A stretch of 64,000 bases of DNA from Methanocaldococcus sp. 16A (lineage in GTDB: Archaea; AGJL01; Methanococci; Methanococcales; Methanocaldococcaceae). This document shows, piece after piece, positions 35,837 to 46,377 of this stretch. Within the stretch, counting starts at the first letter, position 1; each line of letters begins with the position of its first letter. The stretch lies in assembly GCA_049860595.1 (NCBI GenBank), contig CP187551.1; one strand, 5' to 3'. The notes beneath the pieces were generated by a model. That model made no database searches and was not told where the DNA came from. It saw only the letters and a program-made list of their open reading frames with translations. Made by a program: the position numbers and the translations under genes.

Positions 35837-35853
35837 ATTATTAATTTTTAGAT

Positions 35854-35930
35854 GGGGCCGTGGGGTAGCCTGGACATCCTGTGCGCTTGGGGGGCGTGCG
35901 ACCCGGGTTCAAGTCCCGGCGGCCCCACCA
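35854..35930 (+). tRNA. tRNA-Pro(GGG), CCA encoded
   Basis: GGGGCCGTGGGGTAGCCTGG...TGCGC-TTGGGGG-GCGTG...GGTTCAAGTCC...CGGCCCCACCA. Confidence 0.95.
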
Positions 35931-35943
35931 TTTAATTTTTATA

Positions 35944-36014
35944 CGTCTTTCGCATTTTATATATTGATAGAGCATCTATATTCCTTATAAACATTTATTC
36001 CTGCGAAAGTTCCA
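35944..36014. mobile_element. MITE-like repeat family A (degenerate)
   Basis: CTTTCGCATTTTATATA...TTTATTCCTGCGAAAGT. Confidence 0.7.
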
Positions 36015-36042
36015 ATATTATATTATTTTTAGGGGTGAGAGA

Positions 36043-36216
36043 TTGAAATTAACAAAATTTGAGATTGCAAGAATATTGGGGGCGAGAAGTTTGCAGATAT
36101 CAAATGGGGCTTATGCAACAATAGAAACAAAATGTGATACCTCATTAAAAATAGCATATGAAGAAATTAAACAAGGAAAAGTTCCATTAAAGCCGATAAG
36201 ACCTGTGAAGGCATAA
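36043..36216 (+). CDS. rpoK: RNA polymerase subunit K (Rpo6), 57 aa, not in the ORF track
   Basis: TTG start after GGGGTGA; MKLTKFEIARILGARSLQISNGAYATIETKCDTSLKIAYEEIKQGKVPLKPIRPVKA. Confidence 0.95.
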   Translation: MKLTKFEIARILGARSLQISNGAYATIETKCDTSLKIAYEEIKQGKVPLKPIRPVKA

Positions 36217-36265
36217 ACTGTTTTAACTAAAAAGTGGAGTTAAAGTTGTGAAAACATGCTGTGTA

Positions 36266-36293
36266 GTATAGCAATAGAAGCTTTGCTTCTATG
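36266..36293. mobile_element. Family C terminal hairpin
   Basis: GTATAGCAATAGAAGCTTTGCTTCTATG. Confidence 0.7.
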
Positions 36294-36327
36294 CCATTAA
36301 AACCGATAAGACCTGTAAAAGCATAAA
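36294..36327. repeat. Direct duplication of the rpoK 3' end (31/34 identical to 36184-36217)
   Basis: ccattaaaaccgataagacctgtaaaagcataaa vs ccattaaagccgataagacctgtgaaggcataaa. Confidence 0.92.
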
Positions 36328-36360
36328 ATTATAATTATTTTTTAATTGGGGTGGATGTAA

Positions 36361-37305
36361 TTGACAAATGTTATTATTGAAAAAATAAGTGCAAAAGAAG
36401 TTTTTAAAGGAGCTAAAATTAAGGTAATGATTACAACAATGACAAACATATCTATTGGCTATGACATCATTGAAGTGAATAATCCAGAGGAAGCAATAGC
36501 GGATGTTGAAAATGTCATAGCCCCAGAACTTATTGGATATCCAGCAACAGATATTGATTTCATCGATACATTAATTTGTGAGACATCAGTTAATAATCCC
36601 ACTGTAGCAATGGGAATTTCTATTAGCGTAGCAAGAGCAGCTTCAAACAGCTTAGATATTCCTTTGTTTAAATTCTTAGGAGGGGCTTTAACAACTGACT
36701 TGCCTATAGTTGCCTCTGGAATATTGGTTGATAAAAATAACAATGAATTAATTCCAATAGTTATGGCAGAATCTATAGAGGATATTGTTAATTTGTATTT
36801 AAAACTTACAGATATTTTATCAGAAGATTATGACATTATAAATATTAATGGAGCATACACATGCAAAGATATATTTAATGAGATTTCAAAGATTAGAGAT
36901 TTAATAGATGAAATCAAAGAAGATGAGGATTTAGATATTTTATTAGGACTTAGCTCTAAAAAAGAGAATGTTAAAGATAAAGATTTATCCCAAATTGACT
37001 ATTTAGAGGTAGAAGAGCCTGTAGAATTTGATGGATTCCTATGCACAGATAGCATTTATGAAGAAAGTGATTTTGTTAAAATTTACCCTTATGAGATGGG
37101 AACAATAACTGAGACGTATTATTATATAAATTACATTATGGACAAAGGGCTTTATCCAGTAATATTTGGAAACAACTCATCATTTGCACATGTAGCTGTT
37201 AGTTTTAAAGTTCCTTTTTTAAGAGCAGCCCTCTCTTCAAATGTGCTAAATGAAGTTTGGAATATAGAGAGAACTATAGTTAATCCAAATATTAGAAGGT
37301 TTTAA
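36361..37305 (+). CDS. Degenerate enolase-like protein (MJ0198-like)
   Basis: Enolase N-domain features (IAPELIG, ID, ISVARAAS..LDIPLFKFLGG) but only 314 aa, with no DSRGNPT or catalytic motifs. Confidence 0.8.
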   Translation: MTNVIIEKISAKEVFKGAKIKVMITTMTNISIGYDIIEVNNPEEAIADVENVIAPELIGYPATDIDFIDTLICETSVNNPTVAMGISISVARAASNSLDIPLFKFLGGALTTDLPIVASGILVDKNNNELIPIVMAESIEDIVNLYLKLTDILSEDYDIININGAYTCKDIFNEISKIRDLIDEIKEDEDLDILLGLSSKKENVKDKDLSQIDYLEVEEPVEFDGFLCTDSIYEESDFVKIYPYEMGTITETYYYINYIMDKGLYPVIFGNNSSFAHVAVSFKVPFLRAALSSNVLNEVWNIERTIVNPNIRRF

Positions 37306-37399
37306 TTTTTTATTTTTTTAACATTTTTTCCGATAATTATTTATACTGAAAATAGAAACCATAATTTAAATCCATTATTAAGTGTTAGAGGTGGTAATA

Positions 37400-37588
37400 A
37401 TGGCTGTAACAATTGATTACAATTTATGTAAAGGAGCTGAGTGTGCAGAGTGTGTAAATAACTGCCCAATGGAAGTTTTTGAAATTGATGGGGATAAAGT
37501 AGTTGTTGCAAGAGAAGAGGATTGCACTTATTGTGGAGTTTGTGAAGATGTCTGCCCAACAGGAGCTGTAAAAGTTGAACCAGAATAA
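37400..37588 (+). CDS. 2[4Fe-4S] ferredoxin
   Basis: CKGAECAECVNNCP and CTYCGVCEDVCP. Confidence 0.95.
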   Translation: MAVTIDYNLCKGAECAECVNNCPMEVFEIDGDKVVVAREEDCTYCGVCEDVCPTGAVKVEPE

Positions 37589-37628
37589 AAAAAGAGAAAA
37601 AATTTCAATTCTTTTTAAAATCTAATTT

Positions 37629-37877
37629 TTATTGTTCCATTTCTTCTAATGCTTTAAATAGTTCTTCCCATGCTTCTAAACTTAATTTAGCATCTTCTTC
37701 ACTTAAAACTTCTAAAGCATAACCAGTGTGGATTAATATATAATCACCTATTTTAACCTCTTTATCTAAGAGTGTTAATTTTGCCTTTTGTTTGACTCCT
37801 TTATATTCTGCTATTGCATATTTTTCTCCATCTTCCTCTATAATCTCAACAACTTTACATGGAATAGCCAAACACAT
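37629..37877 (-). CDS. hypC: Hydrogenase maturation chaperone HypC
   Basis: [17 protein letters not shown]. Confidence 0.96.
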
Positions 37878-37951
37878 ATTTCATCACCAAAAATAGGTAA
37901 TAGTTTTTAATATAAAATTCTGTTTATGAAATTTTTTGTTTATAGTATTAA

Positions 37952-38434
37952 TCAAAAATGGATGTGGTCTTTTAAAACAAACGGCAGAATAACCATCCCA
38001 TGCCTAATTAACCTACTTAAAAATACTGCAATCATATATTCTCCAAATGGCATTTTAAAGCTACCACAAATCCAACATATAACCTCAAAAGGAATTGGTG
38101 TAAAGCTTACAACTATAACACCAAGAATTCCCCACTTTTTTAAATAGATAGTTCCTTTCTCTATTTTTTCCTTTTCAAATAATTTTAACATTAACTTTTT
38201 TCCATACTTCATTGCAAGGTTATAGGTAACTGCAGCCCCAAAGTTGCATGCAACTGTTGAAATAATCCAAACCAATTTCCAATCTAATCCAGCTAATAAT
38301 CCAGCGGCAATAAATATCTCTGTTGGAAAAGGTTGAAATATTGGCTCAGAAAATCCTACTAAGAAAATGCCAAAATACCCATAATCCTTTATAAGGTTTA
38401 ATAGAAATTCTTTAAATATCTCGAGGTTAGTCAT
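37952..38434 (-). CDS. DedA/YqaA (SNARE-associated) membrane protein
   Basis: FSEPIFQPFPTE, FTPIPF, SRLIR. Confidence 0.88.
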   Translation of the reverse strand: MTNLEIFKEFLLNLIKDYGYFGIFLVGFSEPIFQPFPTEIFIAAGLLAGLDWKLVWIISTVACNFGAAVTYNLAMKYGKKLMLKLFEKEKIEKGTIYLKKWGILGVIVVSFTPIPFEVICWICGSFKMPFGEYMIAVFLSRLIRHGMVILPFVLKDHIHF

Positions 38435-38477
38435 ATCTATCGCCAAAATTTCTTGATGTTTTATGATTTATTTATAA

Positions 38478-38571
38478 TAGGACTTTCTCAATTTAATATT
38501 TAAATTTGGAACTTTGACACCTTTAGGTGTCTATATTCATAAATAATATATTTATTCCTACGAAAGTCCTA
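38478..38571. mobile_element. MITE-like repeat family A
   Basis: TAGGACTTTC...GACACCTTTAGGTGTC...TTTATTCCTACGAAAGTCCTA. Confidence 0.85.
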
Positions 38572-38592
38572 TTAAATTGCGGAGGGATAATT

Positions 38593-39471
38593 ATGAAACT
38601 AAAGCCAGAATGTGCTATATGTATAATAAGGCAGGTTGTTGATGCTGTCAATGAAATAACCGCTGATGAGAAAGAGCAATTTAGATTAATAAAAAGTACT
38701 ATGGAAGTTATTAAAGATGTTTATGGTGAGAGTGCAGTTCCAGCATGGATGGGAACTATAGTTCATAGATATTTAAAGAAAATTAGCAATAACAACGACC
38801 CTTATAAAAATTTAAAAGATAAAGCAAACAAAATAGCTTTGCAGTATTTAGATAAAGTTAGAGAGATGAGTAATATAGAAGATGAAATTGAGAGATTGAG
38901 AAAGAAGGTTTTAGCAACAATAGCAGGGAATGTTATTGACTTTGGGGCTTACAGCACAGGGATAAATATTGAAAAGTTAATTGAAGATACATTAAATGGG
39001 AAGTTAAAGATAGATGATAGCAAAGAGCTTTTAAATGATTTAAAAGATAAAAACATAAAAAAGATTTTATATATATGTGATAACGCTGGAGAGATTATTT
39101 TTGATAGGGTTTTAATAGAAGAGATTAAAAAATATGATAAAAATATCGTTGCAGTAGTTAAAGGAAAACCGATTCTAAATGATGCTACATTGGAGGATGC
39201 AAAAATAGCAAAGATTGATGAGATAGCTAAGGTAATAACAACAGGCTCAGATATTATAGGAATTATTTTAGAAGAGTGTTCAGAAGAATTTTTAAAAGAG
39301 TTTGAAAGTGCTGATTTAATTATAGCAAAAGGAATGGGCAATTATGAAAGTTTAACAGAATATGAGGATAGGATAGATAAGCCAGTTTATTATATATTGA
39401 AGGCAAAATGTAAGCCAGTTGCTGAGAACATTGGTGTTGATGTAGGAGATAATGTTTTGTTAAAAAGGTAA
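38593..39471 (+). CDS. DUF89 / ARMT1-like damage-control phosphatase
   Basis: ECAIC, GNVIDFG, DNAGE, ILNDAT, KGMGNYE, KAKC. Confidence 0.92.
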   Translation: MKLKPECAICIIRQVVDAVNEITADEKEQFRLIKSTMEVIKDVYGESAVPAWMGTIVHRYLKKISNNNDPYKNLKDKANKIALQYLDKVREMSNIEDEIERLRKKVLATIAGNVIDFGAYSTGINIEKLIEDTLNGKLKIDDSKELLNDLKDKNIKKILYICDNAGEIIFDRVLIEEIKKYDKNIVAVVKGKPILNDATLEDAKIAKIDEIAKVITTGSDIIGIILEECSEEFLKEFESADLIIAKGMGNYESLTEYEDRIDKPVYYILKAKCKPVAENIGVDVGDNVLLKR

Positions 39472-39508
39472 AAAATCTCTTAAAACAAAAATAATTTGAG
39501 GAGATATT

Positions 39509-40561
39509 ATGGTTACTTACAAAGATGCAGGAGTAGATATATCACATGAAGATAGAGTAATTAAAGCATTAGTTTCACAGATAACATTTAAAAGGGAAGA
39601 TATAAAGCCTGCTGAGTTAGGATTGCATTATGCAGGAGCTGTTGAGTTTGGAGATTATTATTTAGTTTTATCTACTGATGGTGTTGGAAGTAAGATGATA
39701 GTTGCAGAGATGGCTAATAAGTTTGATACAGTTGGAATAGACATGATAGCTATGAATGTAAATGATGCCATATGCATTGGAGCAGAGCCAATAGCGTTGG
39801 TTGATTACTTAGCAGTTGGGCATATAACTGAAGAGATAGCTGAGCAAATAGGAAAGGGCTTAAATGAAGGAGCTAAGGAGGCAAATATAAACATTGTTGG
39901 TGGAGAAACAGCTACTCTCCCGGATATGATTAAAGGAATTGATCTGGCAGGGACTGTTTTAGCAATAGTTAAAAAAGATGAAATTATAAGTGGAAAAGAT
40001 GTTAAACCAGGAGATGTAATTGTTGGATTAAGAAGCTCTGGAATACACAGCAATGGGTTATCTTTAGCAAGGAAGGTATTTTTTGACATAGCTAAGTTAG
40101 ATATTAATGACAAGCTCTCTTATGGAAAGACCGTTGCCGAAGAGCTTTTAACACCAACAAGGATTTATGTAAAGCCAGTTTTAGAGATGGTTAGAGATAA
40201 GGATATTAATGTTAAAGGTTTAGCCCACATAACTGGAGGTAGCTTTAGAAAACTTAAGAGGTTGAATGATAAAGTAACTTACTATATTGACAACCTTCCA
40301 GAACCATTGCCAATATTTAAAGAAATCCAGAGATTAGGAAATGTTCCAGATGAAGAGATGTTTAGAACATTTAATATGGGTATTGGATTCTGTGTAATTG
40401 TTGATGAAGAAGATGCTAACAAAGTTATAAAAATAGCCAATAAATATAATATCCCAGCTCAGATAATAGGTAGAGTTGTAGATAGCTTAGAAGTTAATGG
40501 AAAAAAAGTTGTAGGTAAATCTGTAGTTAAATATAACGATAAGCTCATTATATTAGAATAA
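39509..40561 (+). CDS. purM: Phosphoribosylformylglycinamidine cyclo-ligase
   Basis: YKDAGVD, DGVGSK, GGETA, SSGIHSNG, AHITGG, FNMGIG. Confidence 0.97.
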   Translation: MVTYKDAGVDISHEDRVIKALVSQITFKREDIKPAELGLHYAGAVEFGDYYLVLSTDGVGSKMIVAEMANKFDTVGIDMIAMNVNDAICIGAEPIALVDYLAVGHITEEIAEQIGKGLNEGAKEANINIVGGETATLPDMIKGIDLAGTVLAIVKKDEIISGKDVKPGDVIVGLRSSGIHSNGLSLARKVFFDIAKLDINDKLSYGKTVAEELLTPTRIYVKPVLEMVRDKDINVKGLAHITGGSFRKLKRLNDKVTYYIDNLPEPLPIFKEIQRLGNVPDEEMFRTFNMGIGFCVIVDEEDANKVIKIANKYNIPAQIIGRVVDSLEVNGKKVVGKSVVKYNDKLIILE

Positions 40562-40621
40562 ATCGAGTATAGATTTTAACTTTTTAGTTTTCTTAATTTT
40601 TTCTTAGTTTCTTTTTATTTA

Positions 40622-40691
40622 TAGGACTTTCACAGTCTATATATTCTCTGTATTTAGATGCCCTAAAACATTTATTCCTGTGAAAGTCCTA
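40622..40691. mobile_element. MITE-like repeat family A (short)
   Basis: Perfect TIR TAGGACTTTCACAG / CTGTGAAAGTCCTA. Confidence 0.88.
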
Positions 40692-40732
40692 TATTTACTA
40701 AATTAAAAAACAAAAATAAAAAGGGTTTTAAT

Positions 40733-42148
40733 ATGTGTGGGATATTTGGTGTCTACTCTTATGAAAAACTAAATGTAGCTAAGAGAATTTATTATGGATT
40801 GTTTGCTTTACAACATAGAGGGCAAGAAGGTGCTGGAATTGCTACAAGTGATGGAAAAAACATACACTACTATAAGAATATTGGATTGGTTACAGATGTC
40901 TTTAAAAATGAGACATTGCAAAATTTATTTGGATATATAGGAATTGGACATGTAAGATATTCAACTACTGGAGGAAAGGCTGTTGAAAACTGTCAGCCGT
41001 TTGTTGTTAAAAGTTCATTTGGCAATATAGCTATAGCCCATAATGGAGATTTAGTAAATTCAAATGAATTAAGAAGAGAATTAGAGATGAAAGGGCATAT
41101 ATTTACCTCCTCAACCGATTCTGAAGTTATAGCTCAACTTTTAGTTAGAGAGTTGTTAAAAACATCTGATAAGATTGAAGCAATAAAAAATACACTAAGA
41201 AAACTTGTTGGAGCTTATTCACTTTTAATAATGTTTAATGATTCTTTAATTGCTGTTAGAGACCCTTGGGGATTTAAACCATTGTGTATTGGAAGAGATG
41301 ATAGCAATATCTACATATCATCTGAGGATTGTGCATTAACTACCTTAGATGCTGAATTTGTTAAAGATATTGAGCCAGGAGAGATTATAGAGATTAAAAA
41401 TGGAGAAATGATATCTCACAAATTGGATTATGATGTTTCTGAATACAATCCTGTGAATAATGATATGCCTTCAATATATAAAGGAGCTACAACGTGTATG
41501 TTTGAGTATGTGTATTTTGCAAGACCTGACTCAACAATTGATGGTATCAGCGTCTATAAGGTTAGAAAGAGGATTGGAAAAATTTTGGCTAAAGAACATC
41601 CAGTAGATGCTGATGTAGTATCTCCAATCCCTGATTCAGGAGTTGCATTTGCTTTAGGGTTTTCTGAGGAATCAGGAATTCCTTATTATGAAGGTTTAAT
41701 AAAAAATAGATATGTCGGAAGAACTTTTATTTTGCCTTCTCAAAATGAGAGAGAATTGGCTGTTAGATTAAAATTAAGCCCAGTAAAAAGTGTTTTAGAA
41801 GGAAAGAGAGTAGTTTTAGTTGATGATAGTATTGTTAGAGGAACTACTTCAAGAAGAATTGTAAATATGGTTAGAAAAGCTGGAGCTAAGGAAGTGCATT
41901 TAAGAATAGGCAGTCCTAAAATTATATCTCCTTGCTATTATGGTATAGATATGGCTACCAAAAAGGAGCTTATTGCTTCAAACAAAACAGAAGAAGAGAT
42001 TGGAAAAGCCATTGGAGTTGATTCTATTGGATATTTGTCATTGGAAGGTTTGATTAAAGCAATAGGTAGAAAAGATTTGTGTTTAGCTTGCGTAACTGGA
42101 GAGTATCCAACAGAAATTAATTTTGAAAAGATATTGGAAAGAGAATAA
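40733..42148 (+). CDS. purF: Amidophosphoribosyltransferase
   Basis: [30 protein letters not shown]. Confidence 0.98.
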   Translation: MCGIFGVYSYEKLNVAKRIYYGLFALQHRGQEGAGIATSDGKNIHYYKNIGLVTDVFKNETLQNLFGYIGIGHVRYSTTGGKAVENCQPFVVKSSFGNIAIAHNGDLVNSNELRRELEMKGHIFTSSTDSEVIAQLLVRELLKTSDKIEAIKNTLRKLVGAYSLLIMFNDSLIAVRDPWGFKPLCIGRDDSNIYISSEDCALTTLDAEFVKDIEPGEIIEIKNGEMISHKLDYDVSEYNPVNNDMPSIYKGATTCMFEYVYFARPDSTIDGISVYKVRKRIGKILAKEHPVDADVVSPIPDSGVAFALGFSEESGIPYYEGLIKNRYVGRTFILPSQNERELAVRLKLSPVKSVLEGKRVVLVDDSIVRGTTSRRIVNMVRKAGAKEVHLRIGSPKIISPCYYGIDMATKKELIASNKTEEEIGKAIGVDSIGYLSLEGLIKAIGRKDLCLACVTGEYPTEINFEKILERE

Positions 42149-42156
42149 ACACAAAT

Positions 42157-43221
42157 TTATAAATACTTTTTAACAAAGTATTCAGCATTTAATACACTCG
42201 CTCCAGCAGCCCCTCTAATTGTGTTATGCTCTAATGCTGTATATTTTACATCAAATATTGGGTCTTTTCTGATTCTACCAACAACAATACTCATTCCATT
42301 ACCTTCATTTCTATCTAATCTTGGTTGAGGTCTATCTATCTCTTCCCTAATAACAATTGGTTTAGCATAAGTTGGGAGGTTTAAATCTTTTAATGGGTCA
42401 AATTTATCCATAGCCTCTTTTATTTCCTCTGGCTCAGCTCCTTCAATTGTTTTGACAAATATGCTTTCAGTATGCCCATCAATAACTGGCACTCTGTTAC
42501 ATGAAGCACTTAACTTAAAGTTAGCAAATTCAACTTTTCCATCTTTTAAAGTTCCTAACAACTTTAAACTCTCTGTTTGCATTTTTTCTTCTTCATTTTT
42601 AATAAATGGAATTAAATTATCTAAGATTGCCATTGAAGGAACGCCATTATAACCTGCTCCACTAACTGCCTGTAATGTAGTTATAATTACTGAATCTAAA
42701 CCAAATTTGTCCATTATTGGTTTTAGAGTTATAACAGCACAGATTGTTGAACAGTTAGGGTTTGTTATTATAGCTCCATCCCATCCTCTCTTTTCCCTCT
42801 GAATCTCTATTAAAGCGAGATGGTCTGCATTAACTTCTGGGATAACAAGAGGTACATCATCTTCCATTCTATAAGCTGATGCATTAGAGAAAACTAATTT
42901 TCCTTCTTTAGCAAATTCTGGTTCAAACTTTTTAGCTAAATCTGATGGTAAAGCTGAGAAGACGATATCAACATCTTCAAATGCTTCATGCTTAGGGTCT
43001 GTTGGTATAACTGTCATATCCTTTACATTTTCAGGAATATCTCTATCTTGGAACCAGTAGCATGCATCTTTATACTTTTTCCCAGCACTTCTCTCTGATG
43101 CTGCTAAGGCAGTTAATTCAAACATAGGATGCTCTGCCAATAATTGAACGAATCTCTGCCCCACGCTTCCAGTAGCTCCTAAGACACCAACTTTTATTTT
43201 CATCTTTTCACCTTCAGACAA
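42157..43221 (-). CDS. asd: Aspartate-semialdehyde dehydrogenase
   Basis: [29 protein letters not shown]. Confidence 0.97.
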   Translation of the reverse strand: MSEGEKMKIKVGVLGATGSVGQRFVQLLAEHPMFELTALAASERSAGKKYKDACYWFQDRDIPENVKDMTVIPTDPKHEAFEDVDIVFSALPSDLAKKFEPEFAKEGKLVFSNASAYRMEDDVPLVIPEVNADHLALIEIQREKRGWDGAIITNPNCSTICAVITLKPIMDKFGLDSVIITTLQAVSGAGYNGVPSMAILDNLIPFIKNEEEKMQTESLKLLGTLKDGKVEFANFKLSASCNRVPVIDGHTESIFVKTIEGAEPEEIKEAMDKFDPLKDLNLPTYAKPIVIREEIDRPQPRLDRNEGNGMSIVVGRIRKDPIFDVKYTALEHNTIRGAAGASVLNAEYFVKKYL

Positions 43222-43621
43222 TTATTTTAAAAATTAACTCTTTCCCTTCTTTTAATTTTTTTACTATTTCTCTATTAATATCTTTTGCTGATTTATTTGC
43301 ATTAATCATTAACGTTCTTGGACATATATAATTACTCTTTCTAATAACAATGTCTGTTGGATGGTTTAAAATTAAATCTTTGTGCCCTTCTCCAACTATA
43401 ACCTCTTTTATTCCTTCAACTTCAATCTCTACAATTATTTTTTTAGCATTTCTAAGTTTTTCTCTAAACTCTTCACTAAAATCAGCCATAGATTTATCTG
43501 CCTCTATTCCTATAATGCAATGTCCAGTAGGAGTTAGATAGTTTTCTTTTGTAATCTCTAAGGTTGTTTTATGAGTTGCTGAGACATTTTTATGTCCCTT
43601 AGCTTTTATTGTAAATTCCAT
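43214..43621 (-). CDS. DUF371 family protein
   Basis: [23 protein letters not shown]. Confidence 0.9.
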   Translation of the reverse strand: MEFTIKAKGHKNVSATHKTTLEITKENYLTPTGHCIIGIEADKSMADFSEEFREKLRNAKKIIVEIEVEGIKEVIVGEGHKDLILNHPTDIVIRKSNYICPRTLMINANKSAKDINREIVKKLKEGKELIFKIIV

Positions 43622-43645
43622 AAAAATCCCTCGTAAAATTAATTT

Positions 43646-44365
43646 TTATTTATTAATTCCAAAAAAGTCTAAAATTTCATAAGGATGCTTTAGTACAATT
43701 ACATCTTCTAATTCTTTTAATTTTTTAGTATTTTTGGCGTCTATTTTTCTAACTCTCATTTTAATTTCTTTTCCTTCAATTATTGCATTATAATGGCAGA
43801 TTTCTTTACAATTTCCACAACCTACACATTTTGGTAAGTAGATTTCAACAAAGTTATCTCTTTTAATTATAGCTCCATTAGGACAAACTTTTATGCATTT
43901 TAAACATAGTTTGCATTTTTCTCTATCTATTGAGTATGGAAGTTTTGTAGTTACAATTCCCTCTTTGTAATCAACTGGAACAATTATTGATTTAACGAAA
44001 CCTTTTCCCGCCTGTGCAATTGCATTAGTTACTAAACTGTCGGCTATACCATTAACTACCTTAGCAACCGTATTTCCAGATGTTGGAGTGGATATTAAAT
44101 AATCATATTTTCCTAAGCTTAATCTTCCAGTAATTGGAGATGAATGAGGATGCTCTCTCTCTAAAATTAACTCTTCATAATAATTTCCATTAGAGATATT
44201 GTATAACTCCCCAAATAAACCATACATCTTTACTACTTCCTCTCCTGCTCTTGATACTAAAGTAGTTACTTTTAAATCTTCAATCTCTTCCTTCAATTTT
44301 TTCATTACTTGAAAGCTCTCTCTTAATAAATGCCCAGCTCCTGTAATACACCAAACAATCCTCAT
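43646..44365 (-). CDS. dmrX: Iron-sulfur flavoprotein, dihydromethanopterin reductase (MJ0208-like)
   Basis: WCITGAG, NTVAKVVNGIADSL, two CxxCxxCxxxC motifs. Confidence 0.85.
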   Translation of the reverse strand: MRIVWCITGAGHLLRESFQVMKKLKEEIEDLKVTTLVSRAGEEVVKMYGLFGELYNISNGNYYEELILEREHPHSSPITGRLSLGKYDYLISTPTSGNTVAKVVNGIADSLVTNAIAQAGKGFVKSIIVPVDYKEGIVTTKLPYSIDREKCKLCLKCIKVCPNGAIIKRDNFVEIYLPKCVGCGNCKEICHYNAIIEGKEIKMRVRKIDAKNTKKLKELEDVIVLKHPYEILDFFGINK

Positions 44366-44701
44366 GTATATCCCAATTAAATTGTAAGTTTAGATTTCAA
44401 ATTAATGTTAATAGGCATATAAAGATTATGAACGAAATATATTGTAAGTTCATAACTTTATTAATACTATTTGAGTTATAAAATTAAACTGTTGATATAT
44501 AGAGGATTATGAAGATAGGTACACTTTATTTCCAGTAAATATAGTCTCATAGTTTTTAAATAATGATTAATGAGAAAATTTTTGCTTTGTAGTCAAATAC
44601 TAAATAGTAAATTATATATATGGGTCTATTTTTGAAATAATTAATGATAGTGAATATAAACACAAAATAGTTTAAAATTGTAAAGTAAATGGTGATAAAA
44701 G

Positions 44702-46366
44702 ATGAAAGTGGGGAAATATGTTTTACTACTTGCATTAACTTTACTATTTGCTGGAGGAGTATGGGGAGAGCAGGTAGAGAATGGGTTGGTAGCATACTAT
44801 AGTTTTGATAATATTAACGGAAATATATTAGTAGATGATAGTGGAAATGGTCACAATGGAGTAATATACGGTAATCCAAAAGTCGTTGAAGGTGTTAAGG
44901 GTAATGCATTAGAATTTGATGGACAAAGTTATGTTCATCTTGGAGATACATTAACAGGAAAAGTTTGGGATGCTGTAACAGTTTCAGCAGTTATAAAACC
45001 AGAAGAGCAAAGTAATAATGACTTTTCTGAGATCTTTTATGATGGAAGTGATGGAGAATTTGCACTTAGTCTTAGAGAAAATACAGTTTCCTTTAATGTA
45101 AAACTTGAAGATAAAAAATGGTGGAAAGTTTCAGCAAGTCTTCCCGAACTAAATAGATGGTACCATGTTGTAGGGACCTATTCAAAAGATGAAGGAGTTA
45201 TAAAGCTGTACATAAATGGAATTTTAGTTAATAAAACAAAAATACCATACGAACTTTTATTTGATCCTGTAACATATTATGGAGGTAAATATAATCCAAC
45301 TATAGGTGCATACTGTGATGGGGGAGGTTCAACCAATCATAAATATAAAGGAGCTATAGATGAACTTAGAATTTATAACAGAGTCTTAAGTGATGACGAA
45401 ATTAAAAAACTTGCTGAAGACGTAGGATTACTGACTACCTCTATATATTCAATATATAATAAACCTAATAATAATGAAAATGAAAATAATATAACTAATG
45501 AGTTTAATCAAGTAAATACTCAGCAGGAAGAAAATACAACTAACAATGTAGAAATTAATATAAAAGAATCAGAAGTTGAAGGACTGTCTGTAATAAATAT
45601 AGATTCAGAACCGACAGGAGCGGAGATTTACATAAATGGGAAATATTATGGAAAAACACCAGCTAAAATAGAATTAGAACCTGATACATATCAAATTGAG
45701 GTTTATAAAGAAGGATATAAATTATATACATACACTCTAACTACAGAATCAAATAAAGAGTATGTATTACACATAACATTAGAAAAAGAACAAACTAAAC
45801 AGCAAGATCCAACATTTGGAGGTAAGTTCATAGAACCTCCAACTGTTGTATTACACATGGTAAAAGATAAAATAAAACCAGGAGAGCAGGGAATAATTGA
45901 ATTAACTATCCAAAATCCAGATGTTAATAGTATAGCATTAGAGGGAGATTTAATAGTAAAAGTACCTTCAAATCTTGCAGTAGAGGGAGGTAATGTAATA
46001 GGTGGTGGAGGATACTACACTACAAAATTCATAGCAAAACCCGGAGTTTCAAAAACACTAACACTCTACATAACGTGTTTAGATGATAACCCAGGAAAAT
46101 ATTTAGTTTATGGAAAAGTATATTACTACCCTGAAGGAGACAAAGAAAATTACCGAGAGGTAACATTTACCAAACCTATAGAAATAATAGGTGTTGAAAA
46201 AGAAGAACAACCAAAAGAAACTATTACACAACAACAAACTGAAAATAAAGAAAGTTTAGTAAGTATATTCTATAAAAATCCAGAATACTTAATAATAATT
46301 ATAGGAATAATCGTCTTTGGTATCGTAGGAATTGCCTTCGCTATAGCTTTCGCTATAAGAAAATAA
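44702..46366 (+). CDS. Secreted, C-terminally anchored LamG-like + PEGA + Ig-like surface protein
   Basis: Signal peptide; GLVAYYSFD..DDSGNG, WYHVVGTY, IDELRIYNRVLS (LamG); DSEPTGAEIYING..GKTP (PEGA); C-terminal TM helix plus RK. Confidence 0.88.
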   Translation: MKVGKYVLLLALTLLFAGGVWGEQVENGLVAYYSFDNINGNILVDDSGNGHNGVIYGNPKVVEGVKGNALEFDGQSYVHLGDTLTGKVWDAVTVSAVIKPEEQSNNDFSEIFYDGSDGEFALSLRENTVSFNVKLEDKKWWKVSASLPELNRWYHVVGTYSKDEGVIKLYINGILVNKTKIPYELLFDPVTYYGGKYNPTIGAYCDGGGSTNHKYKGAIDELRIYNRVLSDDEIKKLAEDVGLLTTSIYSIYNKPNNNENENNITNEFNQVNTQQEENTTNNVEINIKESEVEGLSVINIDSEPTGAEIYINGKYYGKTPAKIELEPDTYQIEVYKEGYKLYTYTLTTESNKEYVLHITLEKEQTKQQDPTFGGKFIEPPTVVLHMVKDKIKPGEQGIIELTIQNPDVNSIALEGDLIVKVPSNLAVEGGNVIGGGGYYTTKFIAKPGVSKTLTLYITCLDDNPGKYLVYGKVYYYPEGDKENYREVTFTKPIEIIGVEKEEQPKETITQQQTENKESLVSIFYKNPEYLIIIIGIIVFGIVGIAFAIAFAIRK

Positions 46367-46377
46367 ATAATATTTTA

